Shown here: piece by piece, positions 32,080-43,269 of the stretch
Layout: each line of letters begins with the position of its first letter
Numbering within the stretch: the stretch's first letter is position 1
DNA from: Blastocatellia bacterium
GTDB lineage: Bacteria; Acidobacteriota; Blastocatellia; RBC074
Assembly (NCBI GenBank): GCA_046155785.1
Contig: JBJXFR010000208.1
Location: forward strand, 18-64,017
Direction: 5' to 3'
Length of the DNA: 64,000 bases
Notes under the pieces: model-generated
The model's database searches: none
The model's input: only the letters and a program-made list of their open reading frames with translations
What the model was told of the DNA's origin: nothing
Translations under genes and position numbers: made by a program

Positions 32080-33480
32080 TTAGGCGGCAAAATTCAAGCG
32101 GGTCAAAGCCATCAGGATTTCTCTTTCGGCTTCGGGGCTGACGGTACGAAGATCAACGACCAGTTTGTCATCAACAATACGAGCAATGATCGGCGGGGAG
32201 TTTCGTCGCAATCGTTCTTCCAGTTCATCCGGGCCGAATTGCGAGGCGGTTACGGCGATGAGCGTCGTCGGCAATTGCGTTTCCGGCGCGGAACCTCCAC
32301 CGATGACTGAATAACCATCAATCAGTTTCAGCGTCAAATTTGTGTCCAGGTTTTGGGCTTGGCTGACAAATGCAAGCGAGCGTTCGGTGATGCTTCCTTT
32401 CGTTGCGTGCAGCGCAGCCTGAACAGGAATTTCCGTCAACGCGCGTCCTGCCAGATAAGCCGCGAAGGTTGCTTCCAGCGCGGCGAAAGTCAGCTTGTCC
32501 ACTCTCAGCGCGCGCATCAACGGGTTGGACTTGATGCGTTTGATTAACTCGGCTTCTCCCAGAATGATTCCGGCTTGAGGCCCGCCCAGCAGTTTGTCGC
32601 CGCTGAACGCCACAACCGAAGCCCCGGCTTTGACGGCTTGCGCGACAGTCGGTTCGTCGTGAATGCCCAGCGGGTTCAGGTCAATCAAACAACCGCTGCC
32701 CAGGTCGTCAAACAGCGGCAAGCCGCGCTCGCGCGAAAGTTGAGCTAAATCCTCCAAAGCAGGTTTTTCAGTGAAGCCAATGACGCGATAGTTCGACGGA
32801 TGTGCGCGTAAAATGACTTTGGTGTGTTCGTTGACGGCTTTTTCGTAATCGCTCAGCCGGGTTCGGTTCGTCGTGCCGACTTCGCGTATTCGCGCGCCCG
32901 ATTTGGCGATCACGTCCGGGATGCGAAAGCTGCCGCCGATTTCGATCAATTCGCCGCGCGAAACTATGACTTCGCCACCTTCAGCCAAAGTGTTTAGCGT
33001 AATCAAAACCGCAGCCGCGCAATTGTTGACGACTGCTGCCGCTTCGCAATTGAGCAATTCGCGCAAGCTGGCTTCCAGCCCCGTGCCGCGTTTGCCGCGT
33101 TTGCCTGAAGCCAGATCGTATTCCAGGTTGCTGTAATCGCGGGCGACTTCGTTTATCGCGGCAATCGCCGCCGGGCTGAGTGGCGCTCGGCCAAGATTGG
33201 TGTGCAGCACGACTCCGGTGGCGTTGATGACTCGCTGAGTTTGAGCCTGCTGACGGCTGGCGAATCGCGCGGCCAATCGCCGTTCGATTTCTTCCGCCAG
33301 TTTTGCGGCATCGCCGAAAGAATCGTTTTGGTCACTCAATTCGCGCCTGAAATCTTCCAAAACTTCGCGCAATCGGTCGCGCACGGTTTCTCGCCCGACT
33401 GAGTCAATCAGCGGTTGCAGGGCTTCTCGCCTCAGCAATTGGTCAATCGAAGGCAAATTTCTCAAAAGGTTTGTGCTCAT
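32080..33480 (-). CDS. selA: L-seryl-tRNA(Sec) selenium transferase
   Basis: LRNLPSIDQLL, VINATGVVLHTNLGRAPL, SRGELIEIGGSFRIPD, FSGDKLLGGPQAG, RALRVDK. Confidence 0.96.
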   Translation of the reverse strand: MSTNLLRNLPSIDQLLRREALQPLIDSVGRETVRDRLREVLEDFRRELSDQNDSFGDAAKLAEEIERRLAARFASRQQAQTQRVINATGVVLHTNLGRAPLSPAAIAAINEVARDYSNLEYDLASGKRGKRGTGLEASLRELLNCEAAAVVNNCAAAVLITLNTLAEGGEVIVSRGELIEIGGSFRIPDVIAKSGARIREVGTTNRTRLSDYEKAVNEHTKVILRAHPSNYRVIGFTEKPALEDLAQLSRERGLPLFDDLGSGCLIDLNPLGIHDEPTVAQAVKAGASVVAFSGDKLLGGPQAGIILGEAELIKRIKSNPLMRALRVDKLTFAALEATFAAYLAGRALTEIPVQAALHATKGSITERSLAFVSQAQNLDTNLTLKLIDGYSVIGGGSAPETQLPTTLIAVTASQFGPDELEERLRRNSPPIIARIVDDKLVVDLRTVSPEAEREILMALTRLNFAA

Positions 33481-33606
33481 ATCGGTGTGTGCCGGAGCAT
33501 AATTCATCACTTGCCGAGCGGCAAATTCTTGCCAGAACTGACAAAAAATCAGACCGGTCAACCGTTGATAAGATCAAACACGCGTTCATAAAACTCTGGA
33601 GGAATT

Positions 33607-35535
33607 ATGCAAGCATTTATGCAAACGGGTAGACAAGCGGGCAGACAGGCAGGCAAAAAATGGTTTGTTGTTTCAATTGCGCTGGTCGCTTTTGGCTTTT
33701 ACCTGTTCGGCAATGACAACTTTGCTCACGCCAAAATCAGCCCGGGGCCGCCACTTGGATTCACCGGCGCTCCCGGCGAAGGCAATTGCACCGGATGTCA
33801 TTACACCTTCGGGCTGAATTCTGGCGCAGGCAAAGTCGAAATCACGGGTTTGCCCGCCAGCTACGTTGCCGGCCAAAGTTACACCGCGACCGTGACGGTT
33901 TCACATCCGACCGCCAGAGCCTGGGGATTTGAACTGACCGCGCTTGACGGAAACGGAACGTCTGCAACCATCGGGGCGCTGACCGCCAGCAACGCGACAA
34001 CTACGTTAAAGCGCGAATCCGGCGCGTCAGGTCAGCAACGAACTTACCTTTCCCACAGCGGCGAAGCGGGCGTCGCTCAGGGGAAAACAGCGTCAAACAG
34101 TTGGTCATTCACGTGGACGGCTCCGGCCAGCGGAGTTGGTGACATCACGTTTTACGCCGTGGGCAACGCCGCCAACAATCAGATTTCGCCCGAAGACGAT
34201 TACATTTACACCACGTCGGTCAAAGTTCTTTCGCCTGCTGGCGCTAACCGCCCGCCGATTTTTGCCGCAACGCCTGACCGATTTTTGGCCGTAGGCGACC
34301 GAATCAGTTTCACAGTCGTGGCCAGCGATCCTGACAACAATCCGCTAACCATCACCGCCGGAACTTTGGCCAACGCGACTTTCGATCAACCCAGCAAACG
34401 ATTCACTTTCACGCCCGCAGCCAATCAGCTTGGCAATCAGCAAGTGAGCTTCACCGCCAGCGACGGACAGTTGCAAACTCAGCAAACGCTGAAGTTCCAG
34501 GTGGTCAGCGAAACCTCGCAAGCCTTGACCACGCTTGCCAAAACCAGTGGCCCTTCGCCATTTCTGGATTTCAGCGGAGCTTCCGCAATTGAATTAACCG
34601 CGCTCGGTTCGTTCGGAGCCAACGCTGCGATTTTGTTCAACGGCTTGCCGCTGAATTCGCAAACCGTTGCTGGTGGATTATCTGCGATGATTCCCGGTAG
34701 TGAACTTAACAACGCCGGAGCCTTTGTCGTCCGCATTCGCCTAGCTTCGGGAACGCTGACCAACGCGCGGGCGTTGGCGCTGACTTCGGCCTTTGCTCCG
34801 CTGACGGCGGCAACGGTCGAAGCCGCCAGCTATTCGGCGACCGTGGCTCCAGGCGAAATCGTGGCGCTATTTGGCAATGAGTTGATCGCAGGCAGCGGCA
34901 TTGCCGTGGCCAGTGGATTTCCGTTGCCGCGCTCATTGCAGGCTACGTCGGTGTACGTCAACGGCATCGTCGCGCCGCTGTATTTCACGGCGAAAACTCA
35001 GATCAATTTTCAGGTTCCTTATTCGACTGCGGCGGGGGCGGCTTCAGTTGTTGTCCTGCGCGATGACGGCATTGCGTCTTACGGTTTGGCGAATGTCGCT
35101 GCCGCTGCGCCTGCGCTGTTTTCCGCCGCCGCTTCGGGCAAGGGGCAAGCAGCCGCGCAAAACTCCGACTTTTCTCGCAACGGCGATCCGGCAACGAACC
35201 CGCAAAGCAAACGCGCTCGCAAAGGCGATTACGTCGTGCTGTATGGCACAGGCGCGGGCGCTTTATTCGTCAACGCCAGCAACAACAATCCGCTGACCAT
35301 CAAAGACGGCGAAGCCGCCACCGGCAGCCCCTTGGCGGCAACAGCCAGCTTGCCAACGGTCACGATTGGCGGAAAACCGGCGACGGTTTATTTCAGCGGA
35401 TTGGCTCCGGGATTTGTGGGTTTGTGGCAATTGAATGTGCAAGTTCCGGCTGACGCTCCAAGCGGAGCAAGCGTTGAAGTGGTTGTCAGCTTTGGCGGGA
35501 AAACTGCCAACCCCGTAACGATAGCAGTGGAGTAA
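33607..35535 (+). CDS. Secreted protein: Reeler-like (choice-of-anchor V) domain, Ig-like domain and C-terminal TIGR03437-type domain
   Basis: TGAPGEGNCTGCH; GFELTA; WTAP; NRPPIF; APGEIVALFG, QINFQVP, GLAPGFVGLWQLNV. Confidence 0.8.
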   Translation: MQAFMQTGRQAGRQAGKKWFVVSIALVAFGFYLFGNDNFAHAKISPGPPLGFTGAPGEGNCTGCHYTFGLNSGAGKVEITGLPASYVAGQSYTATVTVSHPTARAWGFELTALDGNGTSATIGALTASNATTTLKRESGASGQQRTYLSHSGEAGVAQGKTASNSWSFTWTAPASGVGDITFYAVGNAANNQISPEDDYIYTTSVKVLSPAGANRPPIFAATPDRFLAVGDRISFTVVASDPDNNPLTITAGTLANATFDQPSKRFTFTPAANQLGNQQVSFTASDGQLQTQQTLKFQVVSETSQALTTLAKTSGPSPFLDFSGASAIELTALGSFGANAAILFNGLPLNSQTVAGGLSAMIPGSELNNAGAFVVRIRLASGTLTNARALALTSAFAPLTAATVEAASYSATVAPGEIVALFGNELIAGSGIAVASGFPLPRSLQATSVYVNGIVAPLYFTAKTQINFQVPYSTAAGAASVVVLRDDGIASYGLANVAAAAPALFSAAASGKGQAAAQNSDFSRNGDPATNPQSKRARKGDYVVLYGTGAGALFVNASNNNPLTIKDGEAATGSPLAATASLPTVTIGGKPATVYFSGLAPGFVGLWQLNVQVPADAPSGASVEVVVSFGGKTANPVTIAVE

Positions 35536-35539
35536 AGAA

Positions 35540-35640
35540 CATTAGCCATTAACCATTGCCCATCATCCATTATTGGTCAGGGTAAATCGCTTTCCTTACC
35601 CTTTCGGTTAATGGCTAATGTGCAATGGTCAATGGTTAAT
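35540..35640. repeat. Inverted pair of degenerate heptamer repeats (CCATTAA-like / AATGGTT-like)
   Basis: cattagccattaaccattgcccatcatccatta ... taatggctaatgtgcaatggtcaatggttaat. Confidence 0.7.
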
Positions 35641-36769
35641 TGGCGATCATTGCCAGAATTTGTCTTGCCGCGCGTTCGGAAGCGTTTGCTTCGCCCAGCT
35701 TGTCGCGGACTTCGGCTAGATCGCTTCGCGCCTGAGCCAGTCGAACCGAATCGCCAAGAAAATCCACAACCTCTTTCGACAGCCGGTCGGCGTTCAGATC
35801 GTCTTGCAACAATTCCGGCGCGATTTCTTTTCCGGCAATCAGGTTCGGCATTCCGACAAATTTCGTGTTAATCAGCGGCCAGAAAATTCGCCAGTTCAAC
35901 GATGAAGCCCGGTACACGACAATCAGCGGCGTTCCGATGATGGCCGTTTCCAGCGTAGCAGTTCCGCTGGCGACGACGGCCAAATCAGCAGCCGCGACGG
36001 CGTTGTAAGTGTCGTGTTCAATCAGCGTCAGGTTTTTAAGCTGTTGGATTTCAGCGGCGACTTCCGCCCGGTTGAACGTTCGCGCCAGCGGCAGAATCAG
36101 TTGGATGTGCGGATGTGTTTGCCGAAGCTTCGCCGCCGTTTCCAGCAGCGGCGGCAAAATGTATTTCAATTCGGAATGACGGCTGCCGGGCAGCAGAGCA
36201 ACAATCGGTTTTGCCGAATCAAGTTTGTGCTGCGAACAAAACTCTTCGCGGGTGGCGGTGACGCGAACGCTGTCCAGCAGCGGGTGGCCTACGTATTCGA
36301 CTTCGACGCCGCGCCGTCGGTAATAATCCTGCTCGAAAGGAAGGATGACCAACATCTTTTCCACGTCGCGCCGGATGCCGCGAATGCGATAACTCCGCCA
36401 AGCCCAAATCTGAGGGCTGATGTAATACGCGACGCGATGGCCGTCTTGCCGCAAGCGTTTTGCCAGCCGCAAATTGAACTCCGGCCAATCAATCAGCACA
36501 ACCAGATCAGGATTTCGCTCGTTGGCTGCTTCGCGCAACCGGCGAAAGACGCGCAGGAATTTCGGCAAGGCTTTTGCGACTTCCAGCGCGCCCATAATTG
36601 CAACTTCGCGCGCATCAACCAGCGTTTCAACTCCCGCCGAGCGCATCTCGTCGCCGCCCGCGCCAAAGAATTCAAATGACAAATCCGGTCGCAAAGCTCG
36701 CAATGCCGCCGCCAACTTCGCGCCGTGTTTGTCGCCGGAAGCTTCGCCCGCAACAATCATCAGCTTCAT
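35636..36769 (-). CDS. lpxB: Lipid-A-disaccharide synthase
   Basis: AGEASGD, YISPQIWAWR, VGHPL, LLPGSR, SGTATLE. Confidence 0.96.
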   Translation of the reverse strand: MKLMIVAGEASGDKHGAKLAAALRALRPDLSFEFFGAGGDEMRSAGVETLVDAREVAIMGALEVAKALPKFLRVFRRLREAANERNPDLVVLIDWPEFNLRLAKRLRQDGHRVAYYISPQIWAWRSYRIRGIRRDVEKMLVILPFEQDYYRRRGVEVEYVGHPLLDSVRVTATREEFCSQHKLDSAKPIVALLPGSRHSELKYILPPLLETAAKLRQTHPHIQLILPLARTFNRAEVAAEIQQLKNLTLIEHDTYNAVAAADLAVVASGTATLETAIIGTPLIVVYRASSLNWRIFWPLINTKFVGMPNLIAGKEIAPELLQDDLNADRLSKEVVDFLGDSVRLAQARSDLAEVRDKLGEANASERAARQILAMIAN

Positions 36770-37773
36770 TAGTAAATCTCCGGCTCGCTTTCTGGCCGAG
36801 TTCGCCAGCGGCGATGAATCCACAGCCATTGGTCAGGGTAACGGCGAACGACAGCTTCAATCGCTTTGGCGTAATTAGCGGTGTTCGTTTGCACGTCCTG
36901 GTCGCGGTTGCCAGTCGAGATGGTTTCAATCGGCGGTTCAAAATGCAGTCGGTGAATCTTCGCGGCTTCGTCCCAGACGATGTAACCGGGCAAAACGATT
37001 GCGCCCGTTCTCAGCGCCAGGGTTGCCACACCGGCAGTCGTGCAAGCCGGAACGCCGAAGAAGTTGCAAAAAACGCCTTCTTCGCGCGAAGCGTTCAGGT
37101 CGGCCAGAATGCCCACGACTCCGCCGGATTTCAGCGTTTTCAGGACTTCGCGCACGGAGTTCTTTTTATCAATGCTGCGATTGCCGAAGCGCGTGCGGTT
37201 CGATTCGGCCAGACGTTCAACCAGCGGATTGTCCACTCGTCGGGCCAGAAACGACATCGGATGGCCATAAATCGAGTGCGCGAAAACCGATAGTTCCCAG
37301 GCTCCGATGTGACCGGTCAGCAAAATCACGCCACGCCCCGAAGCTTCCGCCGCCAGGTAATTTTCCAGGCCGACGTAACTGACCACTGATTCGATGTTTT
37401 GCCGATTGAGTTTCGGGAACTGGCTGACTTCGCCCAGCAAGCGGCCAAGGTTACGGAACGTTCCGCGTTTGATTCGTTGGCGTTCGGCTTCATTGAGTTC
37501 AGGAAATGCCAATCGCAAATTGGCTTCGGCGTGGCGGCGCAAGTGCGGCAAAACGGCGTGAGCAAGCGCGCCAACCAGCAACCCGCCCTTGATCGCAAAC
37601 CAGCGCGGCAACAGCCGGACGCCGTGCAAAATCACCCAGGCGACAGCAAATTCGACGTAACTACGGGCTACGCCGCGCCGACGAATCGCGGCTTTCACCG
37701 CTTCTTTGGCCGCTTTGGGGTTGTCTTGATTGTTTTCCAATGCCACTTGATACAAGCAGGGCGAAGCTATCAC
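36769..37773 (-). CDS. lpxL: Lipid A biosynthesis lauroyl/late acyltransferase (HtrB/LpxL family); start uncertain
   Basis: [24 protein letters not shown]; TAATG stop/start overlap with lpxB. Confidence 0.85.
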   Translation of the reverse strand: MIASPCLYQVALENNQDNPKAAKEAVKAAIRRRGVARSYVEFAVAWVILHGVRLLPRWFAIKGGLLVGALAHAVLPHLRRHAEANLRLAFPELNEAERQRIKRGTFRNLGRLLGEVSQFPKLNRQNIESVVSYVGLENYLAAEASGRGVILLTGHIGAWELSVFAHSIYGHPMSFLARRVDNPLVERLAESNRTRFGNRSIDKKNSVREVLKTLKSGGVVGILADLNASREEGVFCNFFGVPACTTAGVATLALRTGAIVLPGYIVWDEAAKIHRLHFEPPIETISTGNRDQDVQTNTANYAKAIEAVVRRYPDQWLWIHRRWRTRPESEPEIY

Positions 37774-37815
37774 GCGCTGTAAAAAGCTGTCAATTTACGC
37801 TTCCAATCGCGCGGA

Positions 37816-37852
37816 ACTTGCCTTGACAGAGTTTGAAGCCATCGGCTACTTT
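37816..37852 (+). promoter_or_regulatory. Sigma70-type promoter of rpmE
   Basis: TTGACA-N18-TACTTT. Confidence 0.5.
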
Positions 37853-37954
37853 CCCGCCTTGTCGTTATTGGCAATTATTTCATTGAGCCTGAGATGCGGT
37901 CATTATTCGCGGCTTTCGAGGCTTAAAATTCGTCACAAAAAGGAGATTACGAAA

Positions 37955-38173
37955 GTGAAAGAAGGAATCCATCCCAAATATATCGAATGCAAAGTGCATT
38001 GTGCCTGCGGAGCCGCGTGGACGACACGCTCAACCAAAAATGAAATCCAGGTGGAAATTTGTTCGAACTGCCACCCATTTTTCACCGGCAAACAAAAGCT
38101 GATTGATACAGCCGGTCGCGTTGAACGCTTCCAGAAAAAATACTCTCGGAAAACCGAACCGGCGGCAGCTTGA
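37955..38173 (+). CDS. rpmE: 50S ribosomal protein L31 (zinc-binding type)
   Basis: [26 protein letters not shown]; GTG start behind AGGAG. Confidence 0.97.
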   Translation: MKEGIHPKYIECKVHCACGAAWTTRSTKNEIQVEICSNCHPFFTGKQKLIDTAGRVERFQKKYSRKTEPAAA

Positions 38174-38297
38174 TTGCGGAATGCGGATTTTAGATTGCGG
38201 ATTTGCGATGAAGATTACACAGGATATTTTGCCGTTAATCATTTGGCGTAGTTCTTGCGCCGAACAATCCGCAATCCGCAATCCGCGATCCGCAATC
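38173..38297. repeat. Inverted pair of heptamer repeats (TTGCGGA)n / (TCCGCAA)n
   Basis: attgcggaatgcggattttagattgcgga ... caatccgcaatccgcaatccgcgatccgcaatc. Confidence 0.85.
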
Positions 38298-38432
38298 ATT
38301 TGCGGTCATCGTTAGCTTCTAAAAAACCAAAGCCACAACGCCCACAAGCGTTGGCAGTCCGGGCTTTCCGGTTCACTGCTAGCAATTGTGAGTTGCGTTG
38401 TGGTTTTCTTTTTGTTCACAAGGCAGGTTGTT

Positions 38433-39566
38433 ATGAGCCAGGAAAAAGAAATCATCGTTGGCGGACAGGCCGTGATTGAGGGCGTGATGATGCGCGCTCC
38501 GAATTCGTATGCAGTCGCGGTTCGCAAACAGGATGGCAGCATCGTGTTCAAAGCCGAGCCGTTGCCAAAGCTGAGCGACAAATATCCGATTCTGAAAGTC
38601 CCAGTGTTACGCGGCAGTGCAGTGCTGATTCATTCGATGATTCTGGGCGTCAAGGCGCTGAACTTTTCCGCCACAGTCGCTTTTGAGGACGCCGAAGCGG
38701 AAGACGCCAAAGTGTCAGGTTCGGCCAAAGCTGTTGCCGCGACCGGCGCGCTGGCGACAACGGCTCACGTCATTGATTCGCCAGCCGAGTTTATTCAGGA
38801 ATCCAACCAGCCTGCAACTAAAGACAAACCCAGCAGCGCCGGAGCGACGGCGACTGCGGCGGGTTCGTTATTGTTCGCTCTGTTTTTCAACGTGATGTTG
38901 TTCATCGTGCTGCCTCTGTTGCTGACCAACGTCATGTTCATTTACTTCGGTTGGGGAGACGCGCCGCAGCCCGTGGTTGAACAGGCCGCCGGACAAACCT
39001 GGTATCAATCCGCGTGGGCTTGGTCGCAAGCGTACATGAAACCGGTTCGCCCGTCGTTTTCGTTCAACTTCATTGACGGCGTTATCCGAATGATTTTCTT
39101 CATCACGATGATTTACACGTTTTCGCGGCTGAAGGACATCAAACGAGTTTTTGAATATCACGGAGCCGAACACAAAACCGTCTTCACCTGGGAAATGGGC
39201 GAGGAACTGACCGTGGCCAACGCTCGCCGTCATCCGCGCCAGCATCCGCGATGCGGAACCAGTTTTCTGATGGTCGTCATGCTGGTTTCGGTGGTGTTGT
39301 TTTCGATCATCAAGTTCGATTCGCTGTTGTTCAATCTGCTGTCGCGCATTGCGCTGATTCCGTTGATTGCGGGCATTTCGTATGAAGTTATTCGCGCTGC
39401 TGGCAAAAAAGAATCCGGCGCGATTTTTCGCTCAATGACTTTGCCGGGCATCTGGATGCAAAACCTGACCACGCGCGAACCAGACGACCAGCAATTGGAA
39501 GTCGCCATTTACGCCTTGAAAGAATCCTTAAAGCTCGAACCCAAAAACGAACCTCAGCCAGCATAG
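38433..39566 (+). CDS. DUF1385 domain membrane protein
   Basis: [34 protein letters not shown]; conserved rpmE-DUF1385-prfA-prmC order. Confidence 0.93.
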   Translation: MSQEKEIIVGGQAVIEGVMMRAPNSYAVAVRKQDGSIVFKAEPLPKLSDKYPILKVPVLRGSAVLIHSMILGVKALNFSATVAFEDAEAEDAKVSGSAKAVAATGALATTAHVIDSPAEFIQESNQPATKDKPSSAGATATAAGSLLFALFFNVMLFIVLPLLLTNVMFIYFGWGDAPQPVVEQAAGQTWYQSAWAWSQAYMKPVRPSFSFNFIDGVIRMIFFITMIYTFSRLKDIKRVFEYHGAEHKTVFTWEMGEELTVANARRHPRQHPRCGTSFLMVVMLVSVVLFSIIKFDSLLFNLLSRIALIPLIAGISYEVIRAAGKKESGAIFRSMTLPGIWMQNLTTREPDDQQLEVAIYALKESLKLEPKNEPQPA

Positions 39567-39624
39567 AAATCGGCTGCAACTCAAGACTCGGAAGAAAACT
39601 ACTGACTTCTGTCTACTCTGATTT

Positions 39625-40713
39625 ATGTTTGAAAAACTCGAAGCCATTGAAGAAACCTACGAAGAACTGACCCGGCAGATGACCGACAACGAAGTCATCA
39701 GCGACCAGTCGCGTTACACCAAAATCGCCAAACAGCACCGCGATTTGGAAGCAATCGTCATGAAGTTCCGCGAGATGAAAAAGCTGGACAACGACATTGC
39801 GGGCAACCGCGAAATCCTGCGCGATGTGGACGACGCCGAAATGCGCGAACTAGCTGAAATGGAATTGCCCGAACTGGAAGCGCAACGCATCAAGGCCGAA
39901 GAAGATTTAAAAGTGTTGCTGTTGCCCAAAGACCCGAACGACGAAAAGAACGTCATTCTGGAAATCCGCGCAGGCACGGGCGGCGAAGAGGCTTGTTTGT
40001 TCGCGGGCGAAGTTTTGCGAATGTATGCCCGTTATGCCGAACGACAGGGCTGGAAGTTGCAAATCACCGAATCCGCCGAAACCGGATTGGGCGGCATTCA
40101 AAAGGCCGAAGCCATCATCGAAGGCGACCGCGTTTACTCAAAACTGAAACACGAATCCGGCGTCCACCGCGTCCAGCGAGTCCCGCAAACCGAAACCAGC
40201 GGGCGCATTCACACTTCGGCCATCACCGTTGCCGTCTTGCCCGAAGCCGAAGACGTGGACGTGAAAATTGAAGCCAAAGACATTCGCACTGACACGTTCT
40301 GTTCGTCCGGCCCCGGAGGCCAATCGGTCAACACCACTTATTCGGCTGTGCGATTGACTCACATGCCCAGCGGGTTGGTCGTTTCAATGCAGGACGAAAA
40401 GTCGCAAATCAAAAACCGCGAAAAAGCCATGCGCGTGTTGCGTTCGCGTCTGTACGAACTGGAGCAACAAAAACAGCACGACGCCATCGCCGCCGAGCGC
40501 AAATCCATGGTCGGCAGCGGAGACCGGTCAGAAAAAATTCGCACCTACAACTTCAAAGAAAACCGAGTCACAGACCACCGCATTGGCCTGACGTTGCACC
40601 AGCTTGATTTGATTATGGAAGGCGGGATTGACGAAATCATCGCCGCCGTCGTCACGCACTTCCAAGCGGAAAAACTGAAAGCCGAAACCGACAAACAAGC
40701 GGCCAGAGCGTAA
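39625..40713 (+). CDS. prfA: Peptide chain release factor 1
   Basis: GGQ motif, VPQTE (PxT), RTYNF. Confidence 0.98.
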   Translation: MFEKLEAIEETYEELTRQMTDNEVISDQSRYTKIAKQHRDLEAIVMKFREMKKLDNDIAGNREILRDVDDAEMRELAEMELPELEAQRIKAEEDLKVLLLPKDPNDEKNVILEIRAGTGGEEACLFAGEVLRMYARYAERQGWKLQITESAETGLGGIQKAEAIIEGDRVYSKLKHESGVHRVQRVPQTETSGRIHTSAITVAVLPEAEDVDVKIEAKDIRTDTFCSSGPGGQSVNTTYSAVRLTHMPSGLVVSMQDEKSQIKNREKAMRVLRSRLYELEQQKQHDAIAAERKSMVGSGDRSEKIRTYNFKENRVTDHRIGLTLHQLDLIMEGGIDEIIAAVVTHFQAEKLKAETDKQAARA

Positions 40714-40717
40714 GCCG

Positions 40718-41581
40718 ATGCCTTCCCAGACAATTGCCGAAACTCTGAAACAGGCCAGCCAGCAATTGCGCGCCGCGTCCGTTGCCAATGACGTGTTGGA
40801 CGCGCAAGCGTTGCTGGCTGAAGCCCTGGACAAAGACCGCACCTACTTGATCGTCAATTTCAACGAACAACTTGGCGAAGATTTGCTGGCGAAGTATCAA
40901 GCCTTGATTGTTCGCCGCTCATCGGGCGAACCGCTGCAATACATCACCGGCCATCAACAGTTTTTCGGCCTGGAGTTTGAAGTCACTCCTGACGTGTTGA
41001 TTCCTCGCCCAGAAACCGAGCTGATCGTTGAAGAAGTCATTCGGCTGGTTGAAGCCGACAAGCTCGCCGCTCCGGTCATTGTTGACGTTGGCGCTGGTTC
41101 CGGCTGCATAGCTGTCGCGTTGGCGCGCGAACTGGAAGACGCCGAAATCACGGCTTGTGATATTTCTGAAGCGGCGTTGATCGTTGCCAGACGCAACGCT
41201 GCCAAACACGATTTGGCCGACCGTGTTCGGTTCATTCATTCCGATTTGCTTTCGGCGTTTCCTGAAACGGAGTTCGCTGATTTCATCCTGTCCAATCCGC
41301 CATACATTTCCGAAGCTGAAATACCCACGCTGCAACGCGAAGTCCGTAATTGGGAGCCTCACTTGGCCTTGACCGATCACAGCGACGGGCTGAGTTTTTA
41401 TCGGCGCTTGCTGGAACAATCACCCGCTCGATTGAAGCCCGGCGGTTATTTGATTTGCGAATTGGGTTACGCGCAATCCGAAGCGGTGACGGCGATGGTG
41501 GATTTGAAGATGTGGGAAGCTCCGCGTTTGCTGGACGATCTGCAAGGCATTCCGCGCACGCTTGTGCTCATTAAGTCCTGA
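40718..41581 (+). CDS. prmC: Release factor glutamine methyltransferase
   Basis: [28 protein letters not shown]. Confidence 0.96.
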   Translation: MPSQTIAETLKQASQQLRAASVANDVLDAQALLAEALDKDRTYLIVNFNEQLGEDLLAKYQALIVRRSSGEPLQYITGHQQFFGLEFEVTPDVLIPRPETELIVEEVIRLVEADKLAAPVIVDVGAGSGCIAVALARELEDAEITACDISEAALIVARRNAAKHDLADRVRFIHSDLLSAFPETEFADFILSNPPYISEAEIPTLQREVRNWEPHLALTDHSDGLSFYRRLLEQSPARLKPGGYLICELGYAQSEAVTAMVDLKMWEAPRLLDDLQGIPRTLVLIKS

Positions 41582-41730
41582 TTTTTCTCCCCCCTCAGTC
41601 GGCGACAATTGCGCAAAGCCCGCAAAACCCGGCCTTTGCAAAAAGCCAGACCGCTGATTATGATCCCGCCTCATTTCGGCGCTTAAAGCATTCAGCAATC
41701 AATAAATTTATGGCATTTATAGAAGATCGT

Positions 41731-41800
41731 CCGCGAAGATCACGAAGAGACACGACGGAATTTTACCGCTTAAGCCGTGTCCCTTCGTGTCCTTCGCGGA
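41731..41800. repeat. Inverted short tandem repeats (CACGAAG-like / CTTCGTG-like)
   Basis: ccgcgaagatcacgaagagacacg ... cgtgtcccttcgtgtccttcgcgg. Confidence 0.55.
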
Positions 41801-41819
41801 TTTTTCCAGAAGGAGACCA

Positions 41820-43220
41820 ATGGCAGAACAATTTGACGTGACAGTTATCGGAGCAGGCCCCGGCGGGTATGTCGCCGCCATTCGCGCGGCTCAGGTGGGT
41901 TTGAAAACGGCAATCATCGAACGCGACAAAGACCTGGGTGGAACCTGTTTACTGCGAGGTTGCATCCCCACCAAAGAGTTGCTGCACGCGGCTCACGTTT
42001 ACGATCTGGTCAGCGACCCCAAAGAATTCGGAATCAGCATCGAAGGCGTCAAACTCCATTTCGACAAAGTCATGGCGCGCAAAAACAAAACCGTCGGCGG
42101 GCTGTCGAAAGGCGTCGAGTTCCTGATGAAAAAGCACAAGATCACCGTGTTCAAAGGTCAGGGCAAGCTGGAAGGCAAAGGCCGCGTCACAGTCACCGGA
42201 GCCGACGGCAAAGTCACAGAAGTCCCAACCAAAAACGTGATTATCGCTACAGGCTCGGCTCCGCGATTGTTGCCTGGAATGCAGGTTCAATCGCCTCGCA
42301 TCGTCACCAGCGACGAACTGCTGGATTTCGATCACGTTCCGAAATCAATGGTCGTTTTGGGCGCAGGAGCAGTCGGCGTCGAATTCGCTTCGGTCTTCAG
42401 CCGATTCGGTTCTGAAGTCACTGTCGTCGAATTGTTGCCACGTCTGGTTCCCATCGAAGACGAAGAAACCTCCGCCGAACTGGCCAAAGCATTCCGCCGC
42501 CGCAAGATCAATGTCCTGGTCAACACTCGGTTTGAGTCAGCCAAAATCGTCGGCGACAAAGTCGAAGTGAAATTCACAGACTCTGACGGTAAGCCGGGTT
42601 CGATCACAACTGACACGTTGCTATCAGCGATTGGACGCCGCCCTGTGACTGACGGACTTGGTTTGGAAAACACCAAATGCGAGGTTGATCGCGGCTACAT
42701 CAAAGTTGATGAATTCATGCGAACCGCCGAACCGAACGTGTACGCCATCGGCGATGTTGTGCCGACTCCGTGGTTGGCTCACGTCGCTTCAAAAGAAGGC
42801 TGCGTTGCCGCCGAACACATCGCCGGACGCAATCCGCGTCCGATCAATTACAACCTGGTTCCGAATTGCACTTACTGCGAACCGGAAATCGGTAGCGTCG
42901 GCCTGACCGAAGCGAAGGCGAAAGAAAAAGGCTACACGGTGAAGGTCGGCAAGTTCCCGTTCACGGCTCTGGGCAAAGCCAAAATCCTGGGCGAAACCGA
43001 AGGCTTCATCAAAGTCATCGCCGACGCCAAATACGACGAAGTTCTGGGTGTTCACATGATCGGCGCTCACGCGACGGATTTGCTGGCTGAAGCCTGCGTG
43101 GCCATGGGATTGGAGGCCACGGCTGAAGAGCTTGGCCACATCATGCACGCTCACCCAACGCTGAGCGAAGCCGTGATGGAAGCCGCCGAAGCCGTCCACG
43201 GAATGGCCACAAGCATGTAA
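41820..43220 (+). CDS. lpdA: Dihydrolipoyl dehydrogenase (E3)
   Basis: GAGPGGY, GGTCLLRGCIPTK, HAHPTLSE. Confidence 0.97.
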   Translation: MAEQFDVTVIGAGPGGYVAAIRAAQVGLKTAIIERDKDLGGTCLLRGCIPTKELLHAAHVYDLVSDPKEFGISIEGVKLHFDKVMARKNKTVGGLSKGVEFLMKKHKITVFKGQGKLEGKGRVTVTGADGKVTEVPTKNVIIATGSAPRLLPGMQVQSPRIVTSDELLDFDHVPKSMVVLGAGAVGVEFASVFSRFGSEVTVVELLPRLVPIEDEETSAELAKAFRRRKINVLVNTRFESAKIVGDKVEVKFTDSDGKPGSITTDTLLSAIGRRPVTDGLGLENTKCEVDRGYIKVDEFMRTAEPNVYAIGDVVPTPWLAHVASKEGCVAAEHIAGRNPRPINYNLVPNCTYCEPEIGSVGLTEAKAKEKGYTVKVGKFPFTALGKAKILGETEGFIKVIADAKYDEVLGVHMIGAHATDLLAEACVAMGLEATAEELGHIMHAHPTLSEAVMEAAEAVHGMATSM

Positions 43221-43269
43221 TGGCTGACGTTTTGACAAAGAATTTGAATGAAATTTTAAGGAGAGTTGA

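Noticed and set aside
31615-32080. GTGCG plus multidomain structure suggesting a group II intron
   Set aside because: No domain V (AGC/CGC triad hairpin), no RT ORF and no interrupted gene.
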